Part shown: one piece after another, positions 12,046-23,472 of the stretch
Layout of the letters: each line of letters opens with the position of its first letter
Position numbering within the stretch: the first letter of the stretch is position 1
Position numbers and translations under genes: made by a program
The notes under the pieces: model-generated
Seen by the model: the letters and a program-made list of their open reading frames with translations, nothing else
Databases searched by the model: none
Told to the model about the DNA's origin: nothing
NCBI GenBank assembly: GCA_002633005.1
Contig: NMRA01000189.1
Location: 635,169 to 677,505, forward strand
DNA: 42,337 bases
From: Phoronis australis
Lineage: Eukaryota > Animalia > Phoronida
Reading direction: 5' to 3'

Positions 12046-12432
12046 GGGCTGACCAGTTTCCAGTTTCATTCACCATCAAGGTTTTTATTCGACATAGACT
12101 CAGATTAGCTTTGATCCTTTTGTATTGCCCTGTGTCTGTTTTTTATAATTTTGTATTCGACTATCCACTTTGAAGGTCTTGCAAAGGCCTCAACTTTCAA
12201 TCTTCAAACGACACTACCTTTCCATAATATATTTAGGAAAGAATCCACCAGACGAACTCATCGGGGGCTGACCTGATTCCAGTTTCAATCACCATGGTTT
12301 TTATTTTGGAATTGACTCAACATTCACTTTGATCCCTCTGTATGTATAATGTTGTTCTATAATTTGTTGTTTGAGTATCCACTTCGAAGGTCTTGCATAA
12401 GTTTCAACTTTAGACAACACCACCTTTCCATA
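12046..12432. repeat. Diverged ~219-bp tandem dimer (also present in copy B)
   Basis: GGGCTGACC...CCAGTTTCA.TCACCAT...CTTTGATCC...GAAGGTCTTGCA...ACCTTTCCATA occurs at ~12046 and ~12265. Confidence 0.75.
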
Positions 12433-12471
12433 TGGTAGGATTAATTGGCATGACTGTTAGACTGTGATTAC

Positions 12472-12612
12472 CTCCTCCTCCACACATATCGTCTTTACAA
12501 TATTAGGGTGGGCCAGTTTTTGTATAACAGCCAGCTCCCTCTGCTGGACATCGCGTGGACGCATGTACGAGTAGTTGTTGAACGTCTTGACTGCAAATAC
12601 GTCGCCATTTCG
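12472..12612 (-). CDS. TBK1: TBK1/IKKe-like kinase coding exon 3, copy A (VAVK lysine, alpha-C Glu)
   Basis: 141 nt; RNGDVFAVKTFNNYSYMRPRDVQQRELAVIQKLAHPNIVKTICVEEE. Confidence 0.92.
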
Positions 12613-13086
12613 CTAAAATAAATCAAATACTCATATATTAAACTTCGCTAACACCAGGAATAGTCATTTATGCCAAGCATAAAAAATCTGTTCTTGTAAC
12701 GTTGGCAACAGTTTGATGAATTCATCTCAATATAGTTCAACCATTAAGTGTCATGCGATAACTGAAATCTCTCTCACACAAATGCAAGCTCTACGACAGC
12801 AAAGCTTAGAATTATTTTGAAAATAAGAATGCAATACTTGGTGATGAAGAGATGACCACTACTACGTCATGAATCATGCGCTCACTGTCAGCATCGCATA
12901 CAGTAAGGACACGAGGAATTTTAAACAGTCCCAAACGAGAACAATATGCCACCACATATAAATATCATAGTGTATAAAAATCTATGCGATCCTTTAAAAT
13001 ATTAAGTATGATGTGAGACACGACCTGAATAACACGACCTGAATAACACGACCTGAATAACACAACTTTACTACAATCTCTACTAC

Positions 13087-13160
13087 CTTGCTTCTGCACT
13101 TATAAACCTCTCCTGTGGCGCCTCGTCCTATCACATCAGATGGGGACCAGATGTAATTGG
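13087..13160 (-). CDS. TBK1: TBK1/IKKe-like kinase coding exon 2, copy A (Gly-rich loop)
   Basis: 74 nt; (A)NYIWSPSDVIGRGATGEVYKCRSK; phase 1 to 0. Confidence 0.9.
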
Positions 13161-13859
13161 CTGAAAATGGTAAAGTAAAAGATTAGACATGGACATAAGC
13201 AGCACTAGTGTACCATGAACAGTTGATATATGCTACATGAATTTAGTTGACTATAACCTTGTGAAATTCAGGGAATTAATTGAAATGAGGACGCCCTGAT
13301 ACTTGACTTGACATTTGCTAGGTGAGGTTAAAAAAGAAGGGGGCTTTGTTTCACTATCTGAACATACTGAGAACAGAATCACAAGAAATGGTTCCTGGTG
13401 AATATCCCGACATTCTACAGTAGAGAGTACAGAAGTGGAAGTATGTAGGACAGTGGACTTTTAAGTACATTAATACCAGATCTTACTACAGAGTCTATTC
13501 TCTACACCTACAGTACAATGGCGAGTTTTGTAACAAAAAATGAATCGGTGTTTGAGACCTTATCGTCAAGTGTATTTAGCGAAATATATACACAATTTAA
13601 TCTCAGTAAAATTTATGTTTTCTCAAAGTAGACAGCTTGTAAAACTTGATTTTTGAATTTTTACCAATCTGCCATTAACAGGGTAACATGACTATACCTT
13701 TTTAGCATTTAAAAATATATTAAAGAGGAAAGGTACACTGGTAGCAATACAATGGCATCAATAAAATAATCGAATTTCATTTGATAATAAAATGAATGTT
13801 TTCAGTCATCCTGTTGAGTAATAAGATAGAAAAATTAATAAGTCTATTCCTAGACTTAC

Positions 13860-14370
13860 GGTTACATAGAGATGGCTACGTTACGTCCTCGTCTCGAGGA
13901 CTTCATCAGGCCACTGAGTTGTCACGCGACTCTACATGTGATCTGTCACAGTTTTAATCACGTACAGTTTGTGTATCAAAGGGTGATTGGAGTCAAACGG
14001 AAGATAGTGCACAAACTGGGTGTGGGGAAGCATACATTGGGGAAACCAAACAAGCCCTGAAAAGTCATATCAACCAACATCGTAGGCCCAGTTATGGGGA
14101 CTGCTATGACTCTGCAGTTTTTAGTCATATAGCTTCCACAGACCACTCTTTCGCCATGGAAGATGTCAAGATCCTAGATAGAGAGGAAAATTGGTTTAGG
14201 AGAGGGGTCAAAGAAGCTATTCACGAGAGAATTGAGAATCCTAGCCTCAACAGACAGGGGGGGCTGAGGTTTATCTTACCTAGGACGTGGAATAGGGCGC
14301 TGAAGATCCCGCGAAAACTGTGCGACAGATCACATGATGTGTCACGTGACAACTCAGTGGCCTGATGAAT
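13860..14370 (+). mobile_element. Penelope-like element 3' fragment (GIY-YIG end) with inverted pseudo-LTR
   Basis: AYIGETKQALKSHINQHRR...DVKILDREENWFRRGVKEAIHERIENPSLNRQGG; ~13902-13955 is the inverted copy of ~14313-14369. Confidence 0.85.
13873..13913 (-). ncRNA. Minimal type I hammerhead ribozyme relic in the Penelope pLTR
   Basis: Minus strand TGGC-CTGATGA-A-GTCCTCG-AGA-CGAGGAC-GTAAC-GTA-GCCA: stem I, CUGAUGA core, perfect 7-bp stem II and GUA cleavage triplet. The GAAA box reads GTAA. Confidence 0.75.
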
Positions 14371-15462
14371 TTCATTTGACATTAGAGGTCAAGATGAAAT
14401 CTCAAAAAACCTACGTGTTAGTTTTCTAAAATGATTATTTCGCTTTTATTTAATGCAACTTTTGATTTTCTTTCATAAAAATATTGAAATCCTAGTTTTT
14501 TGACAGCCCCTAATGCAAAAGTCCAACATTTTATAAACAATGCCCAACAACATTTTTAAGAACAGTATATATAAAGCATAGTATCGATCATCCACTTCTG
14601 AGATTTGATGTTCTCAAATTGGCTAAAATTTAGACATTTTTCTTGGGTCATACATAACCTGAAAGTGAATATAAGTGTGCCAATTTCTAAATTAAGCAAA
14701 CTTTTATTAAAGAAATTCAACAAAAAGTAAACCACGCCATTTTTACTAAGCTTGTTCTAAAATAATCTTAAAAATCTCAACAACATACGACACACTGTGG
14801 TGGAAAACTGAAACATACATTTCTCCATTTTTTATAAATGTTTTAAATATCATTTCTTTATTTTCATACCACAGCAACCATCAAACAATATTTAGAGGAA
14901 CTGCAGTCATTCAAAATTTAAAAGCCTTTGAAAGATACAAAGGNTCTAATTCATTTCTTAAGAAGAAGCTCTTCAACTGAGTTACTGAAAATGTGACTGC
15001 ATCAAAGTAAGATATTCGTATTTTGCTAACCCAGTTGGGCTGACCAGTTTCCAGTTTCATTCACCATCAAGGTTTTTATTCGACATAGACTCAGATTAGC
15101 TTTGATCCTTTTGTATTGCCCTGTGTCTGTTTTTTATAATTTTGTATTCGACTATCCACTTTGAAGGTCTTGCAAAGGCCTCAACTTTCAATCTTCAAAC
15201 GACACTACCTTTCCATAATATATTTAGGAAAGAATCCACCAGACGAACTCATCGGGGGCTGACCTGATTCCAGTTTCAATCACCATGGTTTTTATTTTGG
15301 AATTGACTCAACATTCACTTTGATCCCTCTGTATGTATAATGTTGTTCTATAATTTGTTGTTTGAGTATCCACTTCGAAGGTCTTGCATAAGTTTCAACT
15401 TTAGACAACACCACCTTTCCATATGGTAGGATTAATTGGCATGACTGTTAGACTGTGATTAC

Positions 15463-15603
15463 CTCCTCCTCCACACATATCGTCTTTACAATATTAGGGT
15501 GGGCCAGTTTTTGTATAACAGCCAGCTCCCTCTGCTGGACATCGCGTGGACGCATGTACGAGTAGTTGTTGAACGTCTTGACTGCAAATACGTCGCCATT
15601 TCG
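15463..15603 (-). CDS. TBK1: TBK1/IKKe-like kinase coding exon 3, copy B
   Basis: Same sequence as copy A; intact AG/GT. Confidence 0.8.
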
Positions 15604-16062
15604 CTGAAATAAATCAAATACTCAGATATTAAACTTCACTAACAGCCGGAATAGTCATTTATGCAAAGTATAAAAGATCTGTTCTTGAAACGTCAGCAAC
15701 GGTTTGATGAATTCATCTCAATATAGTTCAACAATTAAGTGTCATGCGATAACTGATATCTCTCTCAAACAAATGCAAGCTCAAAGATAGCAAAGTTTAG
15801 AATTATTTTGAAAATAAGAATGCAATACTTGGTGATGAAGAGATGACCACTACTACACCATGAAACATGCGCTCACTGTCAGCATCGCATACAGCAAGGA
15901 TACAAGGGATTTTAAACATTCCCAAAGGAGAGCAATATGTGACCACATAAATATAACAGAGTACAAAAACCTATGCGATCCTTTAAAATACCTAAGTCAG
16001 ATTTGAAACACGACCTGAATAACACGACCTGAATAACATGACATTTTTATGATCTTTACTAC

Positions 16063-16136
16063 CTTGCTTCTGCACTTATAAACCTCTCCTGTGGCACCTC
16101 GTCCTATCACATCAGATGGGGACCAGATGTAATTGG
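16063..16136 (-). CDS. TBK1: TBK1/IKKe-like kinase coding exon 2, copy B
   Basis: Differs from copy A by one synonymous change (GGC/GGT); intact splice sites. Confidence 0.8.
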
Positions 16137-16299
16137 CTGAAAATGGTAAAGTAAAGGATTAGACATGCACATAAGCAGCACTAGTGTAACATGAATGGTT
16201 GATATATGCTGCGTGAATTAAGTTGACTATAACCTTGTCAAGTTCAGTGAATTAAGAGACAGATAAAATTTGGATCTAATATTGCAATAAAAGTTACTA

Positions 16300-16478
16300 A
16301 AATTAGCGACTTTGCGTCCGTATCTCTAGGTCTTCATCTTGGCTTGTGATATTATCATTATTCTGGCCAATAGGTGGTGTTTTGACCAGAGGGCGTGGCA
16401 TTGACGTCAGAACACCATCCCATAAGTGTGACAAATCGAATCTTAAACCACCTCCTTTATTTAAAGAGGGACTCAGAT
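16300..16478 (-). mobile_element. Penelope-like 3' end fragment
   Basis: PSLNKGGGLRFDLSHLWDGVL, homologous to the C-terminus at 14240-14300, followed by a degenerate hammerhead-like motif at ~16305-16343. Confidence 0.65.
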
Positions 16479-16724
16479 GCACTGATATGAGTAAATGTAA
16501 CAATTTCATAAATGTTACAATTGTTACATTTTACATCATTGTTACATTCTAGGTTGCTTAGCCTCTCCTAAAATGTAACAAGTTGTTGCATTTTATGTAA
16601 TTGTTACATTTTACATCAATGCCCAATAAATGCACCATTGTTACATTTTACAAAACCAACATCATATTGCAACTATTATTAAAATCTCTTGGTCTATTTA
16701 TACCAACCTCTTGTCTATTTTATA

Positions 16725-17544
16725 CTGTCAAGACCATATGAACAGCACAGCGCCTACAATTATATTCACAATGGAAGAAGAGACAAATAACAGTCTCCCA
16801 TTCCTAGACGTACTAGTGACTCGTGTGGAAGGACAGTTAACGTCAGTCTACTAAAAGAAGACCCACACAGGACGATACCTCGACTTCAACTCCAACCACA
16901 CCACAGGAGTCAAGAAGGGTATATCAAATGCCTTGCATCAAGATCATAAGAAATCTGCGGTGATACAGCACTCCAAGCAGAAATGACCAACCTGACAGAG
17001 ACTTTCGAAGGAAATGGCTACCCAAGGGATTTCATCAAGTCGGCTTTATCGTCGCAGAGAAAAGAGAAAGTGGCAGAAGAACGCCAACTACAGACTATGT
17101 GCTTACCGCATATACCCGGAATAACCGAGAGGCTGGGACGCATATGTAAAGAATTTAAAATACGAACAGTATACTGCAGCTTAGACACACTGGGTCGGCG
17201 ACTGACAAAAGTCAGACCAAGAACTGACATAGGGAAAAAGAAAAATGTCATCTATGAAATGTGGTGAATCATATATCGGTGAAACATTAAGACCACTGGA
17301 GACGAGAATTGTTGAACATAAGAGGTGTTATAGAGAGGGTAATACCTCATCAGGGGTAGCAGAACATATGCGGTCGAAACGACACAATATCCAATGGAAT
17401 AAAATCCGAATACTTGACAGTGAAACAGGCTGGACCAAGAGAAAGACCAAGGAAGCCACGTACATGAAAGTACAAGGCAATGTCTTCAGTCAGCCAAGCA
17501 AACAACCAAGTGACACCTGGCTCAGTCTACTTAGGAAGGTTTAA
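16725..17544 (+). mobile_element. Degraded Penelope-like retroelement (RT C-terminus plus GIY-YIG endonuclease)
   Basis: IIFTMEEETNNSLPFLDVLV...*KKTHTGRYLDFNSNH; NGYPRDFI; LPHIPGITE; NVIYE...CGESYIGETLRPLETRIVEH; contains a stop and frameshifts. Confidence 0.9.
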
Positions 17545-18022
17545 GTATAATAAAATTCCCTCTAAGTAAATGGATGACTCCGTGGTGTAGTGGTTAAGGT
17601 GCTGGACTCAAATTATCTGTAGTACTCGAGTATTTTTGAATGAGGTGTGTAGCAAGAAAAATTTGGATACCAACCCATTTAGAGAGTGGACTGGGATAAA
17701 AAGTGACTCATTTAGGAAGTGATTTTTGGCAATAAAACACTTGACTGAAATAAATCAAACTATCGTGGACTAAAACGGGGTTTTTTTAAAACAAGTTGGC
17801 TTCCGAAAAAAAATTGTTATGGCCACCTGTTCCAGAAGAAATACGATTAATATTAGCCAAATACGATGTCATTGTTTCTGTTGTGCTTACCAATGGAAGC
17901 GTGTTTACTGTAATGCTTGGTTTATGACCTGTGTGCACCAACAAAAGATTGCAAGAACGTTTGAACAACAAACTTGTTACCTGATCATGGAAATTCTTTT
18001 TGTCTGAAGTTGAAACTGTACG

Positions 18023-18181
18023 CAGTGGCGTATTGAGAGGGGGCCAAGGAGGACTTGCCCCTCACACCTTTAAAATTCTCACAGATTCCACTTGGCAGTT
18101 CATGGGTGCCAATGTCTCATGGGTAAAATTCTGGCTAATACTCTGCCTCCCCTCTAACTCAGAATGCTGGATCTGCCCCTG
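18023..18181. mobile_element. MITE with CAGTGGCG.../...CTGCCCCTG ends
   Basis: Imperfect TIRs; flanks GTACG / GTACA suggest a 5-bp TSD. Confidence 0.6.
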
Positions 18182-18714
18182 GTACAACGGGGTACATTTT
18201 TGAATATACCAAAAACCTATTCATAAAACAATGGAAAGCACAAAGGGACACATCTATAAATTCTACCTGGCACATTTGACAGAATTTCATTCAAACAATC
18301 CGACAAAGAAGCCGTCAAGTGTGTGAACTGTTTTTTCCGTTTGACAAATACCATGCAAACTCTTGAAATATGACATGTCTTTCAGAAAATCTAACAATGT
18401 TACATTTCTCCCATGTGCATTGTAACAATTACATAAAGTGTAACAACTTGTTACGTTTTAGGAGAGGCCTAGCAACTAAAATGTACTAATGATGTAAGAT
18501 GTAACAAATGTTACATTTTACAGTATATCAATGCACTCATGGAGAGCTTCCTTTCGGTGCATTAACTTAAATGAGGACCTCCCAATACTCGACTTGACAT
18601 TTGCTAGGTATGTTAAAAGACGGGGACCTTGTTTCACTCTCTGAATATACCGAGAACAGAAATCATAAGACGAGAGCGCTTGGAGGAGCGACACTTGGCG
18701 AAGTTAACCGAAAA

Positions 18715-18990
18715 GACGACGATGGAGATGACGACGATGATTATGATGATGATGATGATAGTGGGGATTATGAGCAACACGATAACATCCATATGACTAG
18801 AGAAGATGTCAGAAATCAATAAGAAATAGGCTACTGTCTTGTTCAGTAAACCAAGCACTGTGCAGCAAATCGGTCAACAAATGAACAGCATTATCAAAAA
18901 AATCTCGAATAATTCGAAAAGTTAAGACGTCCTAGCGAAAAATGAAAAATATCTTATCAAAGCCAGTTAAAACTCTATCGAACTGTACAG
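18715..18990. repeat. (GAT/GAC)n microsatellite plus a segment duplicated at ~19490-19740
   Basis: Both copies share AAGAAATA.GCTAC.GTCTTGTTCA and AATAATTCGAAAAG...GACGTCCTAGCGAAAAA. Confidence 0.7.
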
Positions 18991-20694
18991 ATTTCTGATC
19001 GGTTAATATACATGGCAAGAAAATACCGGCACACAAAACTATTTGCAAAAAACGCCAAGTTTGACAATTTTTTCCCCGAAATAACCACTTTCCTGCAAGT
19101 GCTAGAAAAAGTCTGACTACAGATTCAGAATGCTCGTCCTCACTAGATTCTAACTATGTGGTCATAGCAAGCCTCTTACCAGCTACTTTTTTAGCAAATT
19201 TGATCCGTCTGACAGCCACCTGAAATCACACCCGGTTTCTCGGACAGCAAACGACAGGGATTGATAGCATATGACAGGCATCAGTTTGCATCAAAAGTAG
19301 GTAAAAACTTGGCTTTTCTCACAAGTAAATATGTTTCCTGGCAATTGTTGTCAACAATTTCCTCAAACCACCCGCCAAACCTGACACACGCCCTCAACAT
19401 AAATTTTAGGGACTAGAAAATGCTCTGTGGCCGCGGCCTGACTGTTCAGTGCTACCTACAGTCTTGAGCGACAATAGGCAAAATTAAGGACGATGATGAT
19501 TGTGATGATAAAGGTGGCGATGATGAACATCATAGCATTCATACGACGAACTTAGATGTCATAAATTAGTAAGAAATAAGCTACAGTCTTGTTCAAATAA
19601 ACTAAACCAACATCAATGCAGTGAGAGCGCTCAACAAAGGAACAGCGCTAACAGAAAATCTCAAATAATTCGAAAAGTAGACGTCCTAGCGAAAAAAGGA
19701 AAACATCCTCTGAAAGCCCGTTCCAAACTCTATCTAAATTGATAGTTTCGCAACAATCCATAATTTTTTCGAAAAAATTTAAATTTTGCATTTTTTGAAA
19801 TTCAAAGTCAAATAACTCGAAAACGGTAAGTCTGAGAAAAACGTTACCACAGAACTTTTGAAAGAGCCTACTTCAAGGAATCCACATGCAAAAATTCACG
19901 TCATTTGCTCTTCCCATTAAAAATGCGACACCAGAACGATTGAAAATGGGTGAAAATGTGCCAGAGCCGCCATCTTTAAAGTGACTTCCGGTTAAACAAA
20001 ATTTTATAAAAGCTGATCAATAGCAACAAACACGTGACCACTTTCAAAGTGATTGCTTTGCCAATGCGCCCTCTACAGGAGAAAACGTTTTTGGCCAGAT
20101 ATCGAGGTGCGCATGCGCCATTGTCAATATTTCCGCCATCTTTAACCGGAAGTCAACGCTTTTCGGCACAGTTGTAGCACGTGTTCTACAATAATCGTAC
20201 CAAGTTTCAGCTGTGTACTTCAAAAAATGCTTCCTCTATGAGCATTTGAATGTGAAATCGGAAACAAAATGGCCGCCACGTCCGCCATTTTGACCAAAAA
20301 CAATAGGCTTCCAGGATTTTCCGATCTACACGTCGTGTGCAAATGTCATGAAAATCGGACGAAAATTGCGACCTGTAGAGTGCGAAAAAAAACAAAAAAA
20401 CTTGACGACAGAGCAACATACATGGCGGAATTCGGAGAATTCTCCGAATTCCACCAAGTAACAAACTTGATGGAAGAGTAACATACTTGGCGAAATTTAT
20501 TTTGCTAAGTAAAACCATGAAGAATGTCAAAATAAATTGGAAACCGTACATCGACGGCAACTTAAAACACATTAGCAGTAACGAAAAATAGCACTTTGTA
20601 TCCTGTTTTGGCGGCCCGTGGAAAATCGGCAAACTCGGGCCTAGCAGCCAACTTTAGCAACTGCACTGGCACTAGGCAATTACATCCCCCTGGA

Positions 20695-21292
20695 TGGCGC
20701 AGGCATACATGGGCTATAGTACATCCCCACAAAAAGTTACTCATTTCAAAATACAGCAAATAAAATCAAATGAATCATACATAACACATACCATGACTCT
20801 GGATACGATTTAGTCAGCAAAACTTGAACAAATCGACAAAAATCTGTCGCCGTTTCTCTTACCGGGTGCCATTTTGAGGAAGTTACATGAAATCACGCAT
20901 GTTGACGAATAAAAAGTCCAAAGGACATTAATCTTACAAATTTCACCTGATACCTTCACATGCTATTTTGCAAGTGTCACGCGCTAGCATCACGTGCTTC
21001 GCTCAGTTTCGCGCTAGCCTTTGCATAACTCATGTGACCCAGTTGACATACTTGTGGTTATTGCGCGCGTGGTGAAAAAGTTAACGGCAACCAAAAAAGT
21101 GCAGTTGGAATTCTTTGCCACAGTCAACTGAATTCTCACAACTAAGCTTCATTGAAGATATGTATAGAAGTAGAAAGGACCAATGATGAAAGTAAGCATT
21201 TTTTAAATGATAGTTTTAAGTGTGGAATGTATTTTTGACAAGGTGAAAACTCAAAATCGGTGACCGGATATGGGTTACCGCCTGTTTAAAAT
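20695..21292 (+). repeat. Dispersed ~600-bp repeat, second copy at ~40900-41402
   Basis: Colinear shared blocks AGGCATACA.GGG, CCACAAAAAGTTA, ACGATTTAGTCA, AAAAAGTCCAA.GGACA, TCTTACAAATTTCACC, GTTTAAAATA. Confidence 0.8.
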
Positions 21293-21736
21293 ACATGTAA
21301 CGAAATGCGTACAGAAAGCGAATGGTAGTATTGTAGCCCCTAAATGGCTAACCGAGGGGCTACGTGTTGCCTACACTGGGATGGGCTTGCACGTGGGATC
21401 AAACAAAAGAATTTCATACATCACTCACATCCCATGATTCCAATCCAATGAATTACCAGTTACGGTTGAATTTCCTTTCAGAACGCATTTTTCTTTCTTG
21501 TGTTTCATCGTTTTCAGATGGTTTTCCGCGATTCGGCCACGCACGCCGTTATTGTCCCTCTGTCAACGTTTACAAAGCACAAACCCAGGTCTTTGTTGTT
21601 TGTGAACACATTGGCCGTTTCTTTTATCCTATTTTTTCACGAAATATTTGGCTACTCCAACCTCAACGCATTTTGGCCACAGAATCGCACTATTTGTCAC
21701 CGCGTTTAATACCATATGCACACGCCATCGATGAAC

Positions 21737-22472
21737 CAGGCAACCCCCGGGTGATAATTTTACATGTTTGACACACTTTTGAGCATGTCAAACGTGTAAA
21801 AAAGGTGTAATACGTGTCAAAATTGCCACGTTAACGTGTAAAACGTGTAAAAACATGACACGCTAGCATGTCAAACGTGTAAAATTTGCCACGTTTACGT
21901 GTCAAACATGTAAAATTTGCCACGTTAGGGTGTCAAACGTGTAAAAATTTGACACGCTAGTGTGTGGAACATGTAAAATATGATAGAACTTACCAATAAA
22001 GATACAATTTAAATAGGCTTGGCAGTTCTGAAAAGGCCACTAGGAGGTAATCACCCAATTTGAATGACTAAACATGTTCCCTTAATAACATCAAAGAATT
22101 TTCAACAAAAGTTTTCACTGCCTATTCAAATATCCAAATACTGAGTTAGAGTTGGTTTAGCTGTCAGAGAGTGCAGTTGTGTCAGGAGAGCACTTATGAA
22201 GTATGGTTTTCGAGTGTGGTGCAGCTCTAACAGAAGTTTGGTATGTATATACTCTGGTTGACAGTGGCTTGATAAAGTTTTCTTGCAAATGATACTTCTT
22301 TTAACAGGTAAGTTTGAGCGTGTCAAACATGGAGTATTGGAACGAAAATTACACGTTTTTGACACGTCTGACACGCTATATTTTACACGTTTGACACGTC
22401 ACGTTTTACACGTTCGACACGCTTTTAGGGCGTTCCAATACTCCACGTTTTTAGAGCGTGTTAGGTGCCCTG
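21737..22472. mobile_element. Foldback-like element with inverted arrays of ACGTGT(A/C)AAA
   Basis: The left array (21760-21980) reads AAACGTGTAAAA/GTGTCAAA; the right array (22320-22460) reads TTTTACACGTTT/TTTGACACG. Confidence 0.6.
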
Positions 22473-22713
22473 GCAATTACGATTTTCGTTCCTCCAAAAC
22501 GCCACGGTTAGAAACCAATTTACAGCGAAAATTTTAAGGCAAATCCGATTTTTTCCACGGACATATAACAAAAATGTGCGGAGGGAATTAAATAGAGGAA
22601 AAAGCGGAAATCCGCGTTTCCGAGAAAATTCCAAGCCTTGCAATATGCACATATAAATATGTGGGTAGCTAAAAATCATATTTATACAAGTTACATTAGG
22701 ATAATAAGCTTAC

Positions 22714-22744
22714 CTGAGCCTCTTAGTTGTCCAGTAACAGACAT
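22714..22744 (-). CDS. TBK1: TBK1/IKKe-like kinase first coding exon (MSVTGQLRGS); exon spans 22714-22769 including 5'UTR
   Basis: ATG at 22744-22742 and donor gtaagc; phase 1 fits exon 2. A strong acceptor (tttttgtttttcttcag) at 22770 implies an upstream non-coding exon. Confidence 0.7.
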
Positions 22745-22860
22745 GGAGAAGAAAGTCTTCACCACCACACTGAAGAAAAACAAAAATATTAGGCATTTTA
22801 ATTAGAACATGAGTATTATTTTAAGACAGTCATTACATTGCAGACATTCTAACACCTATA

Positions 22861-23472
22861 GGCCCTTTCATATTGACTTAACTCCGGTCTGAGCGGAGCG
22901 TCGACGTAAACAGCGGAGTTAACTGGACCGTTCATACTGGCTTCGGTAGTTTTAAAAGGACCATCGACGTAAAGGGTTGGTGACGCTGACGTCATCGCAG
23001 TTATCGCGAGGTAGCGCTGCACGCTAAGATTTTTTTCAATGTGACAATTTGGAACATTTAAATGTGTTAAGTGACATTAAACTCATTTTTAAATCGATTG
23101 GTTATCATTAAAGCAAAAAATAAGTAGTTACTCGTGACGGCACTACTCTGTAACTGTTGACGATAACAGTGGCACCTGGCGATAACTTCGATTGGACCGG
23201 AGTTAAGCGTTCATACTGCACCGCAGCGTCGATGTTAAATCCACCTATTAACTGCGATACTAACTGGATCAAAAACCGGACAATCGCCGCACAAATAAAA
23301 AAGTTCATGTTCAATTCAACGTTTCGATTGTCCGGTTTTTGATCTTATTGTGGCCAAAAACTGATTTGATATTAACTGGAGCTCTTAACTGCGATCCAGG
23401 ACCGGAGTTAAGCATTCATACTGACCGCAACTCCCCAAACCATCGACGCGTCGACGCTAGTATGAAAGGCCT
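22861..23472. mobile_element. Harbinger-like MITE
   Basis: TIRs GGCCCTTTCATA / TATGAAAGGCC with ATA/TTA flanks; internal repeats of GGACCGGAGTTAAGC.TTCATACTG. Confidence 0.65.

Larger units (their letters stand above)
11959..13386. repeat. Duplicated segment, copy A (exons 2-3 region)
   Basis: 11959-12613 matches 14950-15604 with no difference I could find. It is diverged from ~15605-16255 beyond that, and 13280-13386 matches ~18567-18670. Confidence 0.9.
14950..16255. repeat. Duplicated segment, copy B (exons 2-3 region), beginning just after a single N at 14944
   Basis: Direct match to copy A at an offset of 2991 bp in the identical part. Confidence 0.9.
16477..18536. mobile_element. Foldback-like element with TGTAACA/TGTTACA-rich inverted arms, hosting nested insertions
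   Basis: ~16477-16610 is an inverted copy of ~18420-18536 (GTTGCTTAGCCTCTCCTAAAATGTAACAAGTTG / CAACTTGTTACGTTTTAGGAGAGGCCTAGCAAC). Confidence 0.7.

Noticed and set aside
17573-17610. tRNA gene (TCCGTGGTGTAGTGGTTAAG)
   Set aside because: Only the 5' portion is present and there is no B box; it is a truncated SINE or tRNA fragment.
18601-18822. Acidic poly-Asp protein ORF
   Set aside because: It derives from a (GAT/GAC)n microsatellite in an intron, with no start or splice support.
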